A stretch of 64,000 nucleotides of DNA from Syntrophales bacterium. GTDB taxonomy: Bacteria > Desulfobacterota > Syntrophia > Syntrophales > PHBD01. A program made the position numbers and the translations under genes. How positions within the stretch are numbered: the stretch's first letter is position 1; each line of letters starts with the position of its first letter. The notes under the pieces were generated by a model. The model worked only from the letters and a program-made list of their open reading frames with translations. It was not told the origin of the DNA and made no database searches. Below, in pieces: positions 37,690-47,286 of the stretch. Location: the NCBI GenBank assembly GCA_963668175.1, contig OY764159.1:608001-672000 (forward strand). The letters run 5' to 3'.

Positions 37690-38787
37690 TTAGGGATTTG
37701 TTCTTTTATAAAACGGCAGCCTCACGACTTTAGCCCTGACGCTCTTCTCACGGATACTGATCTCGATTTCCGTACCCGGTTCTCGCCAGGCCGCGTCGAT
37801 GAAGGCAAAGCCGATCCCTTTGTCCAGGGACGGCGAAAAGGTGCCGGATGTGACTTTACCGATCTTCCGGCCGCCTTTGTATACCGCATAGCCTTCCCTG
37901 GCAATGCCCCGATCGATCATCTCGAAGCCGACCAGCTTCTTGTCTGGTCCCGTTTCCTCCATGGTTTTCAAGGCCTCGGACCCGATGAAAGTCTTTTCCT
38001 TGTCGACCAGCCATCCGTAAATAACCTCGTAAGGCGTTACCGATTCGCACATATCGTGACCGTACAGAAGCATCCCCGCCTCGAGGCGCAGCGTATCGCG
38101 CGCTCCCAGGCCGGCCGGCTTCAGGCCGGCGCCGGCGCCTGCCGTAAGGAGCCGGTCCCATATATCGGGAATGGCCCGACTATCCGCGTAGATCTCGAAA
38201 CCGTCTTCTCCCGTATATCCTGTCCGGGATACGATCACGGAAATTCCGAAAAGACTTGTCGTCAGAAAATGATAGAACCGAAGCGATGCCAAATCGACGC
38301 CGACTAAAGGCTGAAGGATAGAGAGAGCCAGGGGGCCCTGTATGTCAAGCTTCCCCGTCGTATCGGTAATATCGCTTATCTGAACAGCCGTGAAACCGAA
38401 GGCCTCTTTCTGTTGCAGGAGCCAGCGAAGATCCATGTCCTTCGTTACGGTGTTGGTAACCACCATATAACGGTCGTCCGCTAGTTTGTAAATCGTCAAA
38501 TCGTCCATGATGCCGCCCTGGGGGTTGGTCATCACGGAAAGTTTGACTTGTCCCGTCTCCAGGGTGGCGAGATTGCGGGACATTACCCGCTGGAGGAGGT
38601 CAAAGGCCTGCGATCCCGTAATGTCCAGCTCGCCCATGTGGCAGATATCGAAGAGGGACGCCTTGGTGCGCGTCGTGCGGTGTTCTTCGATAACGCCGGT
38701 GTATTGAATGGGCATGGCCCAGCCGCCGAAATCGATGATCTTTGCTCCCAGGGCCAGATGACGTTCGTAAAGGGGTGTTTTGTTCAT
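37690..38787 (-). CDS. gcvT: aminomethyltransferase (glycine cleavage T protein)
   Basis: KTPLY..H, FDICHMG, SRTGYTGEDGFE, GLGARDTLRLEAG. Confidence 0.95.
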   Translation of the reverse strand: MNKTPLYERHLALGAKIIDFGGWAMPIQYTGVIEEHRTTRTKASLFDICHMGELDITGSQAFDLLQRVMSRNLATLETGQVKLSVMTNPQGGIMDDLTIYKLADDRYMVVTNTVTKDMDLRWLLQQKEAFGFTAVQISDITDTTGKLDIQGPLALSILQPLVGVDLASLRFYHFLTTSLFGISVIVSRTGYTGEDGFEIYADSRAIPDIWDRLLTAGAGAGLKPAGLGARDTLRLEAGMLLYGHDMCESVTPYEVIYGWLVDKEKTFIGSEALKTMEETGPDKKLVGFEMIDRGIAREGYAVYKGGRKIGKVTSGTFSPSLDKGIGFAFIDAAWREPGTEIEISIREKSVRAKVVRLPFYKRTNP

Positions 38788-38896
38788 GGCCGACTCCTTT
38801 TGACAAAGGCATTGGTCCGGTAAAGGGCGCCGATGTACCGAATATTGAAAGACCGCACAGCTTTAACCATATCATTACCTGAAGCGACCGAATATA

Positions 38897-39463
38897 TCAA
38901 GACAAGTGCTCCAGGTCTTCCGGGGAATTGATATTCAGGAACATGCGTCCCTCGGGATCAAAGGGACGTATTGCGTGCTCGTCCAGAGTCAGAATATGAA
39001 ATCCCTTGTAAAAAGACGTAATCTTCAATTGGTTGGTCATAATGCATTTCCTGATGACGGGCAGGCAGCGCTTCGAATAGACGGCGTGAAGGGGTTGCAG
39101 GCCCGCGGCAAGTTCCGGCACGACAATATCGTAATTGGTTGTTTGCCGGATCATGGCGGCGATGAATTGCTTGTTCAGGAAAGGCATGTCGCACGGCGCC
39201 ACGAAGGCATGCTCTGAAGGAGCGAAGAACAGGCCGGTGAATATCCCGCCCAGAGAGCCTTTACCCTTATAGATATCGGTGACGAGTTGAACGCCCAGAT
39301 CGAGATATTCAAGCGGGGAGTTGGTCACGATCATGACGTCCTCGAAGAGCTCCTTGAAAAGACGGACCGTCCTTACGATAAGGCGTTCGCCTTCAAACTC
39401 CATGAAGGCCTTGTTCGTGCCCATGCGCCTGTTCTTCCCACCAGATAAGATGATGCCTGTCAT
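38897..39463 (-). CDS. mobA: molybdenum cofactor guanylyltransferase
   Basis: ILSGG..RRMG..KA, G.LGGI, CDMPF, QPLHAVYS, NINSPEDL. Confidence 0.9.
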   Translation of the reverse strand: MTGIILSGGKNRRMGTNKAFMEFEGERLIVRTVRLFKELFEDVMIVTNSPLEYLDLGVQLVTDIYKGKGSLGGIFTGLFFAPSEHAFVAPCDMPFLNKQFIAAMIRQTTNYDIVVPELAAGLQPLHAVYSKRCLPVIRKCIMTNQLKITSFYKGFHILTLDEHAIRPFDPEGRMFLNINSPEDLEHLS

Positions 39464-40893
39464 GATCCCGCCCGTTTTCGATTACTATGTTGCCGGTTCA
39501 TGCCCGCCTGTCCACGGGGCCGTTTGCTTGTTTCCCTGGTATTGGTTGCGCGAATGTCTTTTCCGTACAGGTCGTATTCCTGAGCGTCTTCAATCAGGCA
39601 GGAGATAAAATCCCCCGGCGCAAGTCCCCGGCCTTTCACATACGTGATGCCGTCGATGTCGGGGGCCTGCCTCCGGCAGCGGCCGATATAGGGATAATCG
39701 GGGTGATCGCTCCTGCCTTCGATCAGCATTTCCTGGGTCGTACCCACGAGGGACTGATTGATGCCGTAAGATATCACGGCCTGCTCTTCCATGAGAAGCT
39801 GTCTGCGGAGCTCTTTCTCCTTGACGGTAATCCGGGAGGGGATCGCCGCGGCGGCTGTCCCCTCCTCCCGCGAATAGAGAAATACGCCGAGATGATCGAA
39901 TCGCGCTTCCTGGACGAAAGCAAGAAGGCGATGAAAGATCGGCTTCGTCTCCCCGGGAAATCCGACAATGATGGACGTCCTGAGAGCCACGTCAGCAACG
40001 GTTTCTCTGATGGTCCGGACGGCTTCCCGGATCTGGGATTCGGTCGAACGGCGGTTCATCGCTTTTAATACCCGGTTGTCGATATGCTGAATGGGCATAT
40101 CGATATAGGGACAAATTTTCCGTTCCTCGCCGATCACTCTCAAGAGGTCGTCACGGATATTGCCGGGATAGGTGTAAAGCAGCCTGATCCAGCGGAGCTT
40201 CTCTATCGAGGCGAGATCTTGCATCAGCCGGCTTAAGGAGGACCGCTGCTTGAGGTCTAGTCCGTAGGCCGTTGAATCCTGCGCCGTCACGATCAGCTCC
40301 CGGATACCGCGGTCCGCAAGGGCGGCGGCCTCCTTGAGAATGTCGTCATGCTTCCGGCTGCGAAAGGGGCCGCGGATGGCCGGGATGGCACAGTAGGAGC
40401 AGCAGTTGGAGCACCCCTCGGCAATTTTCAGATAGGCAAGGTAAGGGGGTGTCGACAACAGCCGGGGGGCGCTTGAATCCATAAGATACGACGGCTCGCC
40501 GGCCGCCAGTCTCAATCCGGTCTTGCCCGCCATGTCGATTTCTTTGAGATGCCGGACGATATTCGGAACCTCGGCGGTGCCGAGGAAAAGGTCCACTTCG
40601 GGGATATCCCGGATAAGATCGCTTCCGTAGCGTTGCGGGAGGCAGCCGGTGACGATCAATCGGGTGCAGGGGCCGTGTTCTTTCCATTGAGCCATGCGGA
40701 AGATTTCCTCTATGGATTCTTCCTTGGCCGGGGTGATGAAGGCGCAGGTGTTGACGATGATCACATCCGCATCGTCGGGCCTGTTCGTCATCGTGAACCC
40801 TTCCCGGGACAGAAATCCTCCCATGATTTCGGAATCGACAAGGTTTTTGGGACAACCAAGGCTGACGAGATATAACCGGCGCGGATTTTTCAT
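39460..40893 (-). CDS. rimO: ribosomal protein S12 methylthiotransferase
   Basis: SLGCPKNLVDSE, NTCAFI, GCLPQRY, KIAEGCSNCCSYC, APDIDG TRAM domain. Confidence 0.93.
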   Translation of the reverse strand: MKNPRRLYLVSLGCPKNLVDSEIMGGFLSREGFTMTNRPDDADVIIVNTCAFITPAKEESIEEIFRMAQWKEHGPCTRLIVTGCLPQRYGSDLIRDIPEVDLFLGTAEVPNIVRHLKEIDMAGKTGLRLAAGEPSYLMDSSAPRLLSTPPYLAYLKIAEGCSNCCSYCAIPAIRGPFRSRKHDDILKEAAALADRGIRELIVTAQDSTAYGLDLKQRSSLSRLMQDLASIEKLRWIRLLYTYPGNIRDDLLRVIGEERKICPYIDMPIQHIDNRVLKAMNRRSTESQIREAVRTIRETVADVALRTSIIVGFPGETKPIFHRLLAFVQEARFDHLGVFLYSREEGTAAAAIPSRITVKEKELRRQLLMEEQAVISYGINQSLVGTTQEMLIEGRSDHPDYPYIGRCRRQAPDIDGITYVKGRGLAPGDFISCLIEDAQEYDLYGKDIRATNTRETSKRPRGQAGMNRQHSNRKRAGS

Positions 40894-40983
40894 GGCGGCC
40901 ACCCTATAATTTGAAACACCGTCTGTCAATGGATGGATTGCAAAAACCGATAGCCGCTCATTGTCTAATGGCATGGCTGCCGT

Positions 40984-43233
40984 CTATCGCGACAGTTTCC
41001 TGGCCAGCACTTTCCTGGGTTTGACGCCGTCGGAAGGGCCGACCACGCCTTCCAGCTCCATGCGTTCGATGATCCGGGCCGCGCGGTTATAGCCAATTTT
41101 CATGTACCGCTGGACGAGGGAGATGGATGCCTGCCCGAGGTCGGTCACCAGTTCCACGGCTTCGTCATACTTCTCGTCGAAGGCGTCCCCGGGTTTCTCG
41201 TCGCCTGCAGAATCGGGGTTGTATTCGGAAATAGAGCTGTCGTAATCGGGTTTCCGTTGCTTCCTGACAAAGGACACGACCCTGTCGATCTCCTTTTCGG
41301 AGACATAGGCCCCGTGGATGCGGGTAATTTTGGAGGTTCCCGGCGGCATGAAGAGCATGTCGCCTGCACCGAGAAGATTCTCTGCGCCGAGCTGATCGAG
41401 AATGGTCCGGGAATCGACCTTGGACGAAACCTGGAAGGAAATCCGCGTGGGGAAGTTCGCCTTGATGACCCCCGTGATGACGTCCACGGAAGGCCTCTGG
41501 GTGGCCAGAATCAGGTGGATCCCCGCGGCCCTCGCCATCTGGGCGAGTCGCGCCAGGGATTCTTCGACGTTGCGCGATGCCACCATCATCAGGTCAGCAA
41601 GTTCGTCGATGACGACGACGATATAGGGGAGCTTCTTCCCGTCCGCCATACCAGCCGCATCCGGCAGGTCCTGCGCGTCGTCGCCGCTTTCCTGCCCCGG
41701 TTTGGCCTTCTGCAGGGCCGCGAGTTTTTCCCGGGTTCCCTTGTTTTTTTCGATGAGTTTGTTGTAGCTGTCTATGCCCTTGACGCCCGTTTCGCTGATC
41801 GTTATGTAGCGCCGTTCCATCTCTTCCACGGCCCATTTCAGGACCAGGGAGGCTTTCTTGGCGTCCACGACGACCGGGTGCAGGAGATGGGGGATGCCTT
41901 CGTAGGAAGACAGTTCCAGTCGCTTGGGGTCGATCATCAGGAATTTGACTTCATCGGGGCTGCACTTGAAGAGCATGCTGCAGATCATGGCATTGAGGGA
42001 AACGCTCTTGCCCGAGCCCGTCGTCCCGGCAATCAGGAGATGGGGCATTTTGACCAGGTCCGCGATGACGGGAACGCCGACGATGTCTTCCCCCAGGGCG
42101 ATCGGCAGTCTGATCTTGGGGTCCTGAAAGTCCTCGTTGTCCAGGACTTCCCTTAAATGGACCGCCTCCCTTTCGTTGTTGGGGATCTCGATGCCGATGG
42201 CGGCCTTCCCCGGTATGGGTGCCACGATCCGGATACTGGGAGCCCGCAGGGCCAGGGCCAGATCGTCGGTCAGATTCGTGATCTTGTTGATCTTCACCCC
42301 CGGAGCGGGTTCCATTTCATACATCGTAATGACGGGTCCCGGCTTGACTTCGACGACCTTGGCCTCGACGCCGAAGTCGGAGAGCTTCTTCTCCAGAAGC
42401 CGTGAGTTCATGAGCAGGCTTTCCCGTTTCACGCGGGTATCCTTCCGCGAATGGTCGTCGAGCAGCGAGAAAGACGGGAGGTTGAAGACGCCGTCCTGTT
42501 CCAGAAAATCGAAACGGATCTGTTCAATCTTTTTGCGTTTGGGTTTCTTTTCATTTGCAGCCGGAGCCTCCTCTATAAATGGAACTTTAGGTGACTCCAC
42601 CGCTTTTTCCGGGACGGATTGTTTGCGTTCCCTGATCCGGATTTTTGCCCATTCCAATATCCTTTTCCAGGATGTCCACGACCTTTGTCCCAGTACCACA
42701 GTCTTTTGGCTGGCGGAGACGACGGAGAGATCGACGACGGCAATCAGCGACAGTACGAGGATGAGCAACAGAAAGATGAAGGCCCCGACCCCGTTTAGAT
42801 AATTGCTGAAGAAGGTGACGATCATTGAGCCCAACAGGCCGCCCGTCTGGATCTTGGCGCCGTACAGCCGGATATCGCTCAGCGCAAGGGATACGAGACC
42901 GGCCGTCGAGAAAAGGAGACCGGCGATACCGAGGATCAGCAGTCTGGTGATCTTGAACGCATCATCAAGGAAATGCTTGAAGGCGATGATCAGGAAAATG
43001 ATGGGAAGCATCAGGGCGCTGAGGCCGATGAGCTTGATGAGGATGTCGGACGTGTATGCGCCGACGGATCCGAAGATATTCTTGATTTTCTGAACGCCGT
43101 TTACGGAATGACTGAAGGAGGGATCGCTGGGTTGATACGACACGAGGGAAAGAAAAAGGAAAAAAGCCAGGGCAAGGCCGACGATGCCGCACACCTCCCT
43201 TGCTTTACTCGATTTCTTGACCCTTGGTTCCAT
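40984..43233 (-). CDS. ftsK: DNA translocase FtsK
   Basis: N-terminal TM region, HLLIAGTTGSGKS, IDELADLM, ATQRPSVDV, gamma domain IGYNRAAR. Confidence 0.95.
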   Translation of the reverse strand: MEPRVKKSSKAREVCGIVGLALAFFLFLSLVSYQPSDPSFSHSVNGVQKIKNIFGSVGAYTSDILIKLIGLSALMLPIIFLIIAFKHFLDDAFKITRLLILGIAGLLFSTAGLVSLALSDIRLYGAKIQTGGLLGSMIVTFFSNYLNGVGAFIFLLLILVLSLIAVVDLSVVSASQKTVVLGQRSWTSWKRILEWAKIRIRERKQSVPEKAVESPKVPFIEEAPAANEKKPKRKKIEQIRFDFLEQDGVFNLPSFSLLDDHSRKDTRVKRESLLMNSRLLEKKLSDFGVEAKVVEVKPGPVITMYEMEPAPGVKINKITNLTDDLALALRAPSIRIVAPIPGKAAIGIEIPNNEREAVHLREVLDNEDFQDPKIRLPIALGEDIVGVPVIADLVKMPHLLIAGTTGSGKSVSLNAMICSMLFKCSPDEVKFLMIDPKRLELSSYEGIPHLLHPVVVDAKKASLVLKWAVEEMERRYITISETGVKGIDSYNKLIEKNKGTREKLAALQKAKPGQESGDDAQDLPDAAGMADGKKLPYIVVVIDELADLMMVASRNVEESLARLAQMARAAGIHLILATQRPSVDVITGVIKANFPTRISFQVSSKVDSRTILDQLGAENLLGAGDMLFMPPGTSKITRIHGAYVSEKEIDRVVSFVRKQRKPDYDSSISEYNPDSAGDEKPGDAFDEKYDEAVELVTDLGQASISLVQRYMKIGYNRAARIIERMELEGVVGPSDGVKPRKVLARKLSR

Positions 43234-43238
43234 GCCGA

Positions 43239-44000
43239 TCAGACCGACTTCTTCCTGTCCAAAAAGGCCTTGCCTTTTGCGTAGTTGCCGATGATGGTAT
43301 CCCGCACCCGGGCAATCAGTTCCTGCCGGGTTTCGACGCTGTATTCGGAGACATCCACCGGTTTATCGATGATCATGATCACGTTTTGGGGAATAATCTG
43401 CAGGGAGTTCTTGGGCATGATATCGCCGGTTCCTATAATGGAGATGGGGACGATAGGGACCCCCGATTGCATGGCCAGGTAAAATATCCCCTGCTTGAAA
43501 GGCCTGATGGACCCTTCCTGGCTTCGCGTCCCTTCAGGGAACGTCATGACCGATTTTCCGTCCCTGATCTTTGATGCCGCCACGTCCAGGCCCTTCAGGG
43601 CCTTGTCGTGGTGCTGCCGGTCCAGTTCGATATACCCGGCGACCCGCAGGGCCTTGCCGAAGACGGGAACTTTAAAGAGCTCCCTCTTGATGACCCAGCG
43701 AAACTGGCTGGGGACCTGCGCCAGCAATACGAAGATATCGAAGACGCTGTGGTGGTTGACCATGAAGACCTGAGGCCGTCCCTGCTGTATATTTTCGCTG
43801 CCGATGACCTGGACCCTGACGCTGGTCAGAAGCAGCAGGTACTTGGCCCAAATTCTGGCCAGGCGGTGGATGTTGTTCTCTTCAGTGGTGATGTATGAAA
43901 AGATCAAGGTATTAATGGACATGTACGCCGTCCATGCCAGGCCGATGAACAGGAGAATGGAAGAACGCAGGAGAGAGCCGAATCTGGTTTCGGGGGTCAT
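43239..44000 (-). CDS. plsC: 1-acyl-sn-glycerol-3-phosphate acyltransferase
   Basis: NHHSVFD, FPEGTRS, PFKQG. Confidence 0.88.
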   Translation of the reverse strand: MTPETRFGSLLRSSILLFIGLAWTAYMSINTLIFSYITTEENNIHRLARIWAKYLLLLTSVRVQVIGSENIQQGRPQVFMVNHHSVFDIFVLLAQVPSQFRWVIKRELFKVPVFGKALRVAGYIELDRQHHDKALKGLDVAASKIRDGKSVMTFPEGTRSQEGSIRPFKQGIFYLAMQSGVPIVPISIIGTGDIMPKNSLQIIPQNVIMIIDKPVDVSEYSVETRQELIARVRDTIIGNYAKGKAFLDRKKSV

Positions 44001-44200
44001 GGATGCCGAGCCTCACGAATGGTCATCTGGGTTGTCGCTGTTATCATTTTCGGTCAATAATATTCGCTATTAATACGTGATTAGCCCTTTGAAGTCAACA
44101 TGGAATCTGGGCTCAAATAATGATTGACAGGACAATACATCTATATTATACACACGCTTCTTTAAATAGATAGCGTGAATCCAGTCAGGGAGAATTGCTA

Positions 44201-44746
44201 ATGATTGAGATAAGATGGCATGGAAGAGGGGGCCAAGGTGCGGTGACTTCTGTTGAATTGCTGGCCGTGGCTGCGATTGACGAAGGGAAACATGCCCAGG
44301 CCTTTCCCAGCTTCGGGCCGGAACGCCGCGGCGCGCCGGTGGAGGCGTTCAACCGCGTGGATCAGAAACAGATCAAGGTTCGGTCCCGTATTTACACCCC
44401 TGATGTCGCCGTGGTGCTGGATGAGGGATTGGTCGGTCTCGTCAACGTAACAGCCGGCCTGAAGCCGGACGGAATTTTGATCGTCAATACGTCGAAGACT
44501 GCTGCAGAAGTGAAAAAGACGCTGCAGTACAACGGCAAGATCGCCATCGTCGATGCCACGGGCATCGCCTGGAAAGAACTGGGCGTTCCCATTACCAATA
44601 CAACGATGCTCGGCGCTTTGGTGAAAGTGACCAAGGTTGTCAAGATCGATTCCCTGCGGGCTCCGGTGGAACACCGGTTCGGCCGAATCGCCGGCAAGAA
44701 TATGACGGCCCTGAAGCGGGCTTTCGATGAAGTAAAAATCCAGTAG
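44201..44746 (+). CDS. porC: 2-oxoacid (pyruvate-type):ferredoxin oxidoreductase gamma subunit
   Basis: EIRWHGRGGQG, FGPERRGAP, NTTMLGA. Confidence 0.9.
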   Translation: MIEIRWHGRGGQGAVTSVELLAVAAIDEGKHAQAFPSFGPERRGAPVEAFNRVDQKQIKVRSRIYTPDVAVVLDEGLVGLVNVTAGLKPDGILIVNTSKTAAEVKKTLQYNGKIAIVDATGIAWKELGVPITNTTMLGALVKVTKVVKIDSLRAPVEHRFGRIAGKNMTALKRAFDEVKIQ

Positions 44747-44816
44747 CCTTCCTCATTCGCGGAAAAATCAAATCTGTTTGGTTTAAAGATTACTTAGACT
44801 TAACGAGGATAAGAAA

Positions 44817-45104
44817 ATGAAAAAACAGTGGCCAGAAACCTGGAAGGAATATAATCAGGGCGGCATCGTCTACGATGTGGGCAATTCACGGTCCTTCAAG
44901 ACCGGAAGCTGGCGGTCTTTAAGACCGATTTGGGATAACACCAAATGCATCAAGTGCGGCGTTTGCCAACTTTATTGTCCCGAAGGCTGCATCACCGAAG
45001 GCGCAGACGGTTATTTTACGGCCGACCTTGAGTTCTGCAAGGGCTGCGGTATTTGCGCTCATGAGTGCTGGCCTGTTGCCATTACGATGATTGAGGAGGG
45101 ATGA
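44817..45104 (+). CDS. porD: 2-oxoacid:ferredoxin oxidoreductase delta subunit (2x[4Fe-4S])
   Basis: KTGSWR..RP, CIKCGVCQLYCP, CKGCGICAHEC. Confidence 0.9.
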   Translation: MKKQWPETWKEYNQGGIVYDVGNSRSFKTGSWRSLRPIWDNTKCIKCGVCQLYCPEGCITEGADGYFTADLEFCKGCGICAHECWPVAITMIEEG

Positions 45105-45107
45105 GCC

Positions 45108-46274
45108 ATGGCAAAACCCGTTGGGATGGAAGTTGCAGTAGCCGCGGCGGAAGCAGTGGCCTTGTGTAATATTGATGTGGCGGCGGTTTATCCCATCACC
45201 CCCAATACCCATATTGCCGAGCATTTGTCGGAAATCGTGGCGGACGGGAGGCTCGATGCCGAGTTTATCACGGTCGAATCGGAACATTCCGCCCTGAGCG
45301 CCGTTATGGGCGCATCCGGAACCGGTGCCCGGACCTTTACGGCCACGAGTTCCCAGGGGCTCATGTACATGCACGAAATATTGCCGATTGCGCCGGCCAT
45401 GCGCCTGCCCATTGTCATGGCCATCGGCAACCGTGCCGTGTCCGGACCGATCAATATCTGGAACGACCACAGCGATATCATGCTTCAGAGGGATGCCGGC
45501 TGGATCTCCATCTTCGCGCAAAACGGGCAGGAGGCAGTGGATATGTATATCCAGGCCTTCAAGATTGCCGAACATCCCGACGTGATGCTTCCCATCAACG
45601 TCAACATGGACGGATTCCAATTGACCCACGTGGTGGAGCCCATCGTGTTTCCGACCCAGGCGCAGGTGAACAAATTCCTGCCCCCCTATAAACCGTCGGC
45701 GACGCTCCATCCCGACAGGCCCCTTTCCATGGGCACTCTGGGGCTGCCCGAGATATACTCTGAAGCCGTCAAGGCAAGGGATGTGGCCCTTGTGAACAGC
45801 AAAGCCGTTATTTTGAAGATCTGGAAGGAATGGGAGAAGCAATTCGGCCGCAAGTACGAGCCAATCGAACGTTACAAGGTAGACGGCGCCGAAACGCTGA
45901 TCATGACCATGGGATCGATGGGCGAAACGGCGGAAGTGGCCGTTGACGAACTCAGAAAGAAGGGTGTAAAAGTCGGCTTGTTAAAGCTGAAGCTCTGGAG
46001 ACCCTTCCCGTTTGATGATGTCCGTGCGGCGGTGAAGAACTGCAAGACCTTGATCGTGACGGATCGTGCCTTGTCATACGGCGGCCCGGGAGGACCCGTG
46101 GCCTCGGAAGTCCGTGCGGCGCTCTATGCGGAGCCCAAACGTCCGGACGTATTCAATTATATTATCGGCCTCGGCGGTCGCGACGTAAAAGTGGAGGATT
46201 TCATCCAGATGATCGACCAGGCATCCAAGAAGAAGACCGAGCAACCCTATCAACTGTATGGAGTGAGGGGATAA
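45108..46274 (+). CDS. porA: 2-oxoacid:ferredoxin oxidoreductase alpha subunit
   Basis: YPITP, ESEHSA, TATSSQGL, GLGGRD. Confidence 0.92.
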   Translation: MAKPVGMEVAVAAAEAVALCNIDVAAVYPITPNTHIAEHLSEIVADGRLDAEFITVESEHSALSAVMGASGTGARTFTATSSQGLMYMHEILPIAPAMRLPIVMAIGNRAVSGPINIWNDHSDIMLQRDAGWISIFAQNGQEAVDMYIQAFKIAEHPDVMLPINVNMDGFQLTHVVEPIVFPTQAQVNKFLPPYKPSATLHPDRPLSMGTLGLPEIYSEAVKARDVALVNSKAVILKIWKEWEKQFGRKYEPIERYKVDGAETLIMTMGSMGETAEVAVDELRKKGVKVGLLKLKLWRPFPFDDVRAAVKNCKTLIVTDRALSYGGPGGPVASEVRAALYAEPKRPDVFNYIIGLGGRDVKVEDFIQMIDQASKKKTEQPYQLYGVRG

Positions 46275-47269
46275 TGAACATAGCGAACAAATACCAGACG
46301 GGTGTCATTGAAAACTTTGATCTGTATGCTCACAAATTGATCGACAAGGAAGAGTACTTCGCGTCCGGTCATCGCGCCTGCCAGGGATGCGGAGAGGCCT
46401 TGGCCATCCGCCTCATGTGTAAAGCCTTGGGAAAGGAAACGGTCATTGCCAATGCGACGGGTTGCATGGAGGTTATATCGAGCCTCTATCCGACCACGGC
46501 CTGGAAGCTGCCCTGGATCCATGTGGCGTTTCCCAATGCCGCGGCCGTCGGTGCCGGTGTGGAAGCCGGCCTGAAAGCGCTGCGCCGCAAGGGCAAGATT
46601 GCGGACCGCTACGTCAAGACCGTGGCGATAGGCGGCGACGGCGGCACGGTGGACATCGGTCTTCAAGCCCTTTCCGGAGCCATGGAAAGAGGGCACGACA
46701 TGCTCTATGTGTGTTTCGACAACGAGGCCTACATGAATACGGGTATCCAGCGGTCCAGCGCGACCCCCTTCGGTGCCTCGACGACGACCGCCCCGTCCGG
46801 CAAGGCCAGTATCGGCAACAAGACCTGGAAAAAGAATGTTCCGGAGATCATGGTCGCCCATAATATCTCCTATGTGGCCACGGCGTGCCACAGCTATCCG
46901 ATCGACTTTATGAACAAGATCAAGAAGGCCCGGGAAATCAAGGGGCCGGCCTACATTCACTGCCTGTCGGTTTGTCCGACCGGTTGGCGGGTGGGTTCCG
47001 AAGAATGCATCAAAATGGGCCGCCTGGCGGTGGAAACGGGTATCTTCCCCATCTACGAAGTGGAGAACGGAAAATACCGGGTAACGATTGATATGCCGAA
47101 AAAATTGAGACCGGTGACGGATTACATCAAAAAGCAGGGCCGTTTCCGGCACCTGGGACCGGACGATATCCGCGCCATCCAGGAAAGAGTAGATCTCGAA
47201 TACAAGAAATTCATGAACAAGGTTGAATGTTCGAAATCCTGGCTCACGCTGGCCAAGGAGACTCTATAA
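46274..47269 (+). CDS. porB: 2-oxoacid:ferredoxin oxidoreductase beta subunit (TPP-binding)
   Basis: GHRACQGC, TGC, GGDGG..DIG.QALSG, DNEAYMNTG.Q, CPTGW. Confidence 0.92.
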   Translation: MNIANKYQTGVIENFDLYAHKLIDKEEYFASGHRACQGCGEALAIRLMCKALGKETVIANATGCMEVISSLYPTTAWKLPWIHVAFPNAAAVGAGVEAGLKALRRKGKIADRYVKTVAIGGDGGTVDIGLQALSGAMERGHDMLYVCFDNEAYMNTGIQRSSATPFGASTTTAPSGKASIGNKTWKKNVPEIMVAHNISYVATACHSYPIDFMNKIKKAREIKGPAYIHCLSVCPTGWRVGSEECIKMGRLAVETGIFPIYEVENGKYRVTIDMPKKLRPVTDYIKKQGRFRHLGPDDIRAIQERVDLEYKKFMNKVECSKSWLTLAKETL

Positions 47270-47286
47270 GAGAAGGTGGCTAGATC

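Noticed and set aside
38788..38896. Glycine riboswitch upstream of gcvT (also checked upstream of gcvPB)
   Set aside because: Only an isolated TTCAGG is present; the GGAGA and CCGAAG core elements were not found and the gcvT spacer is short
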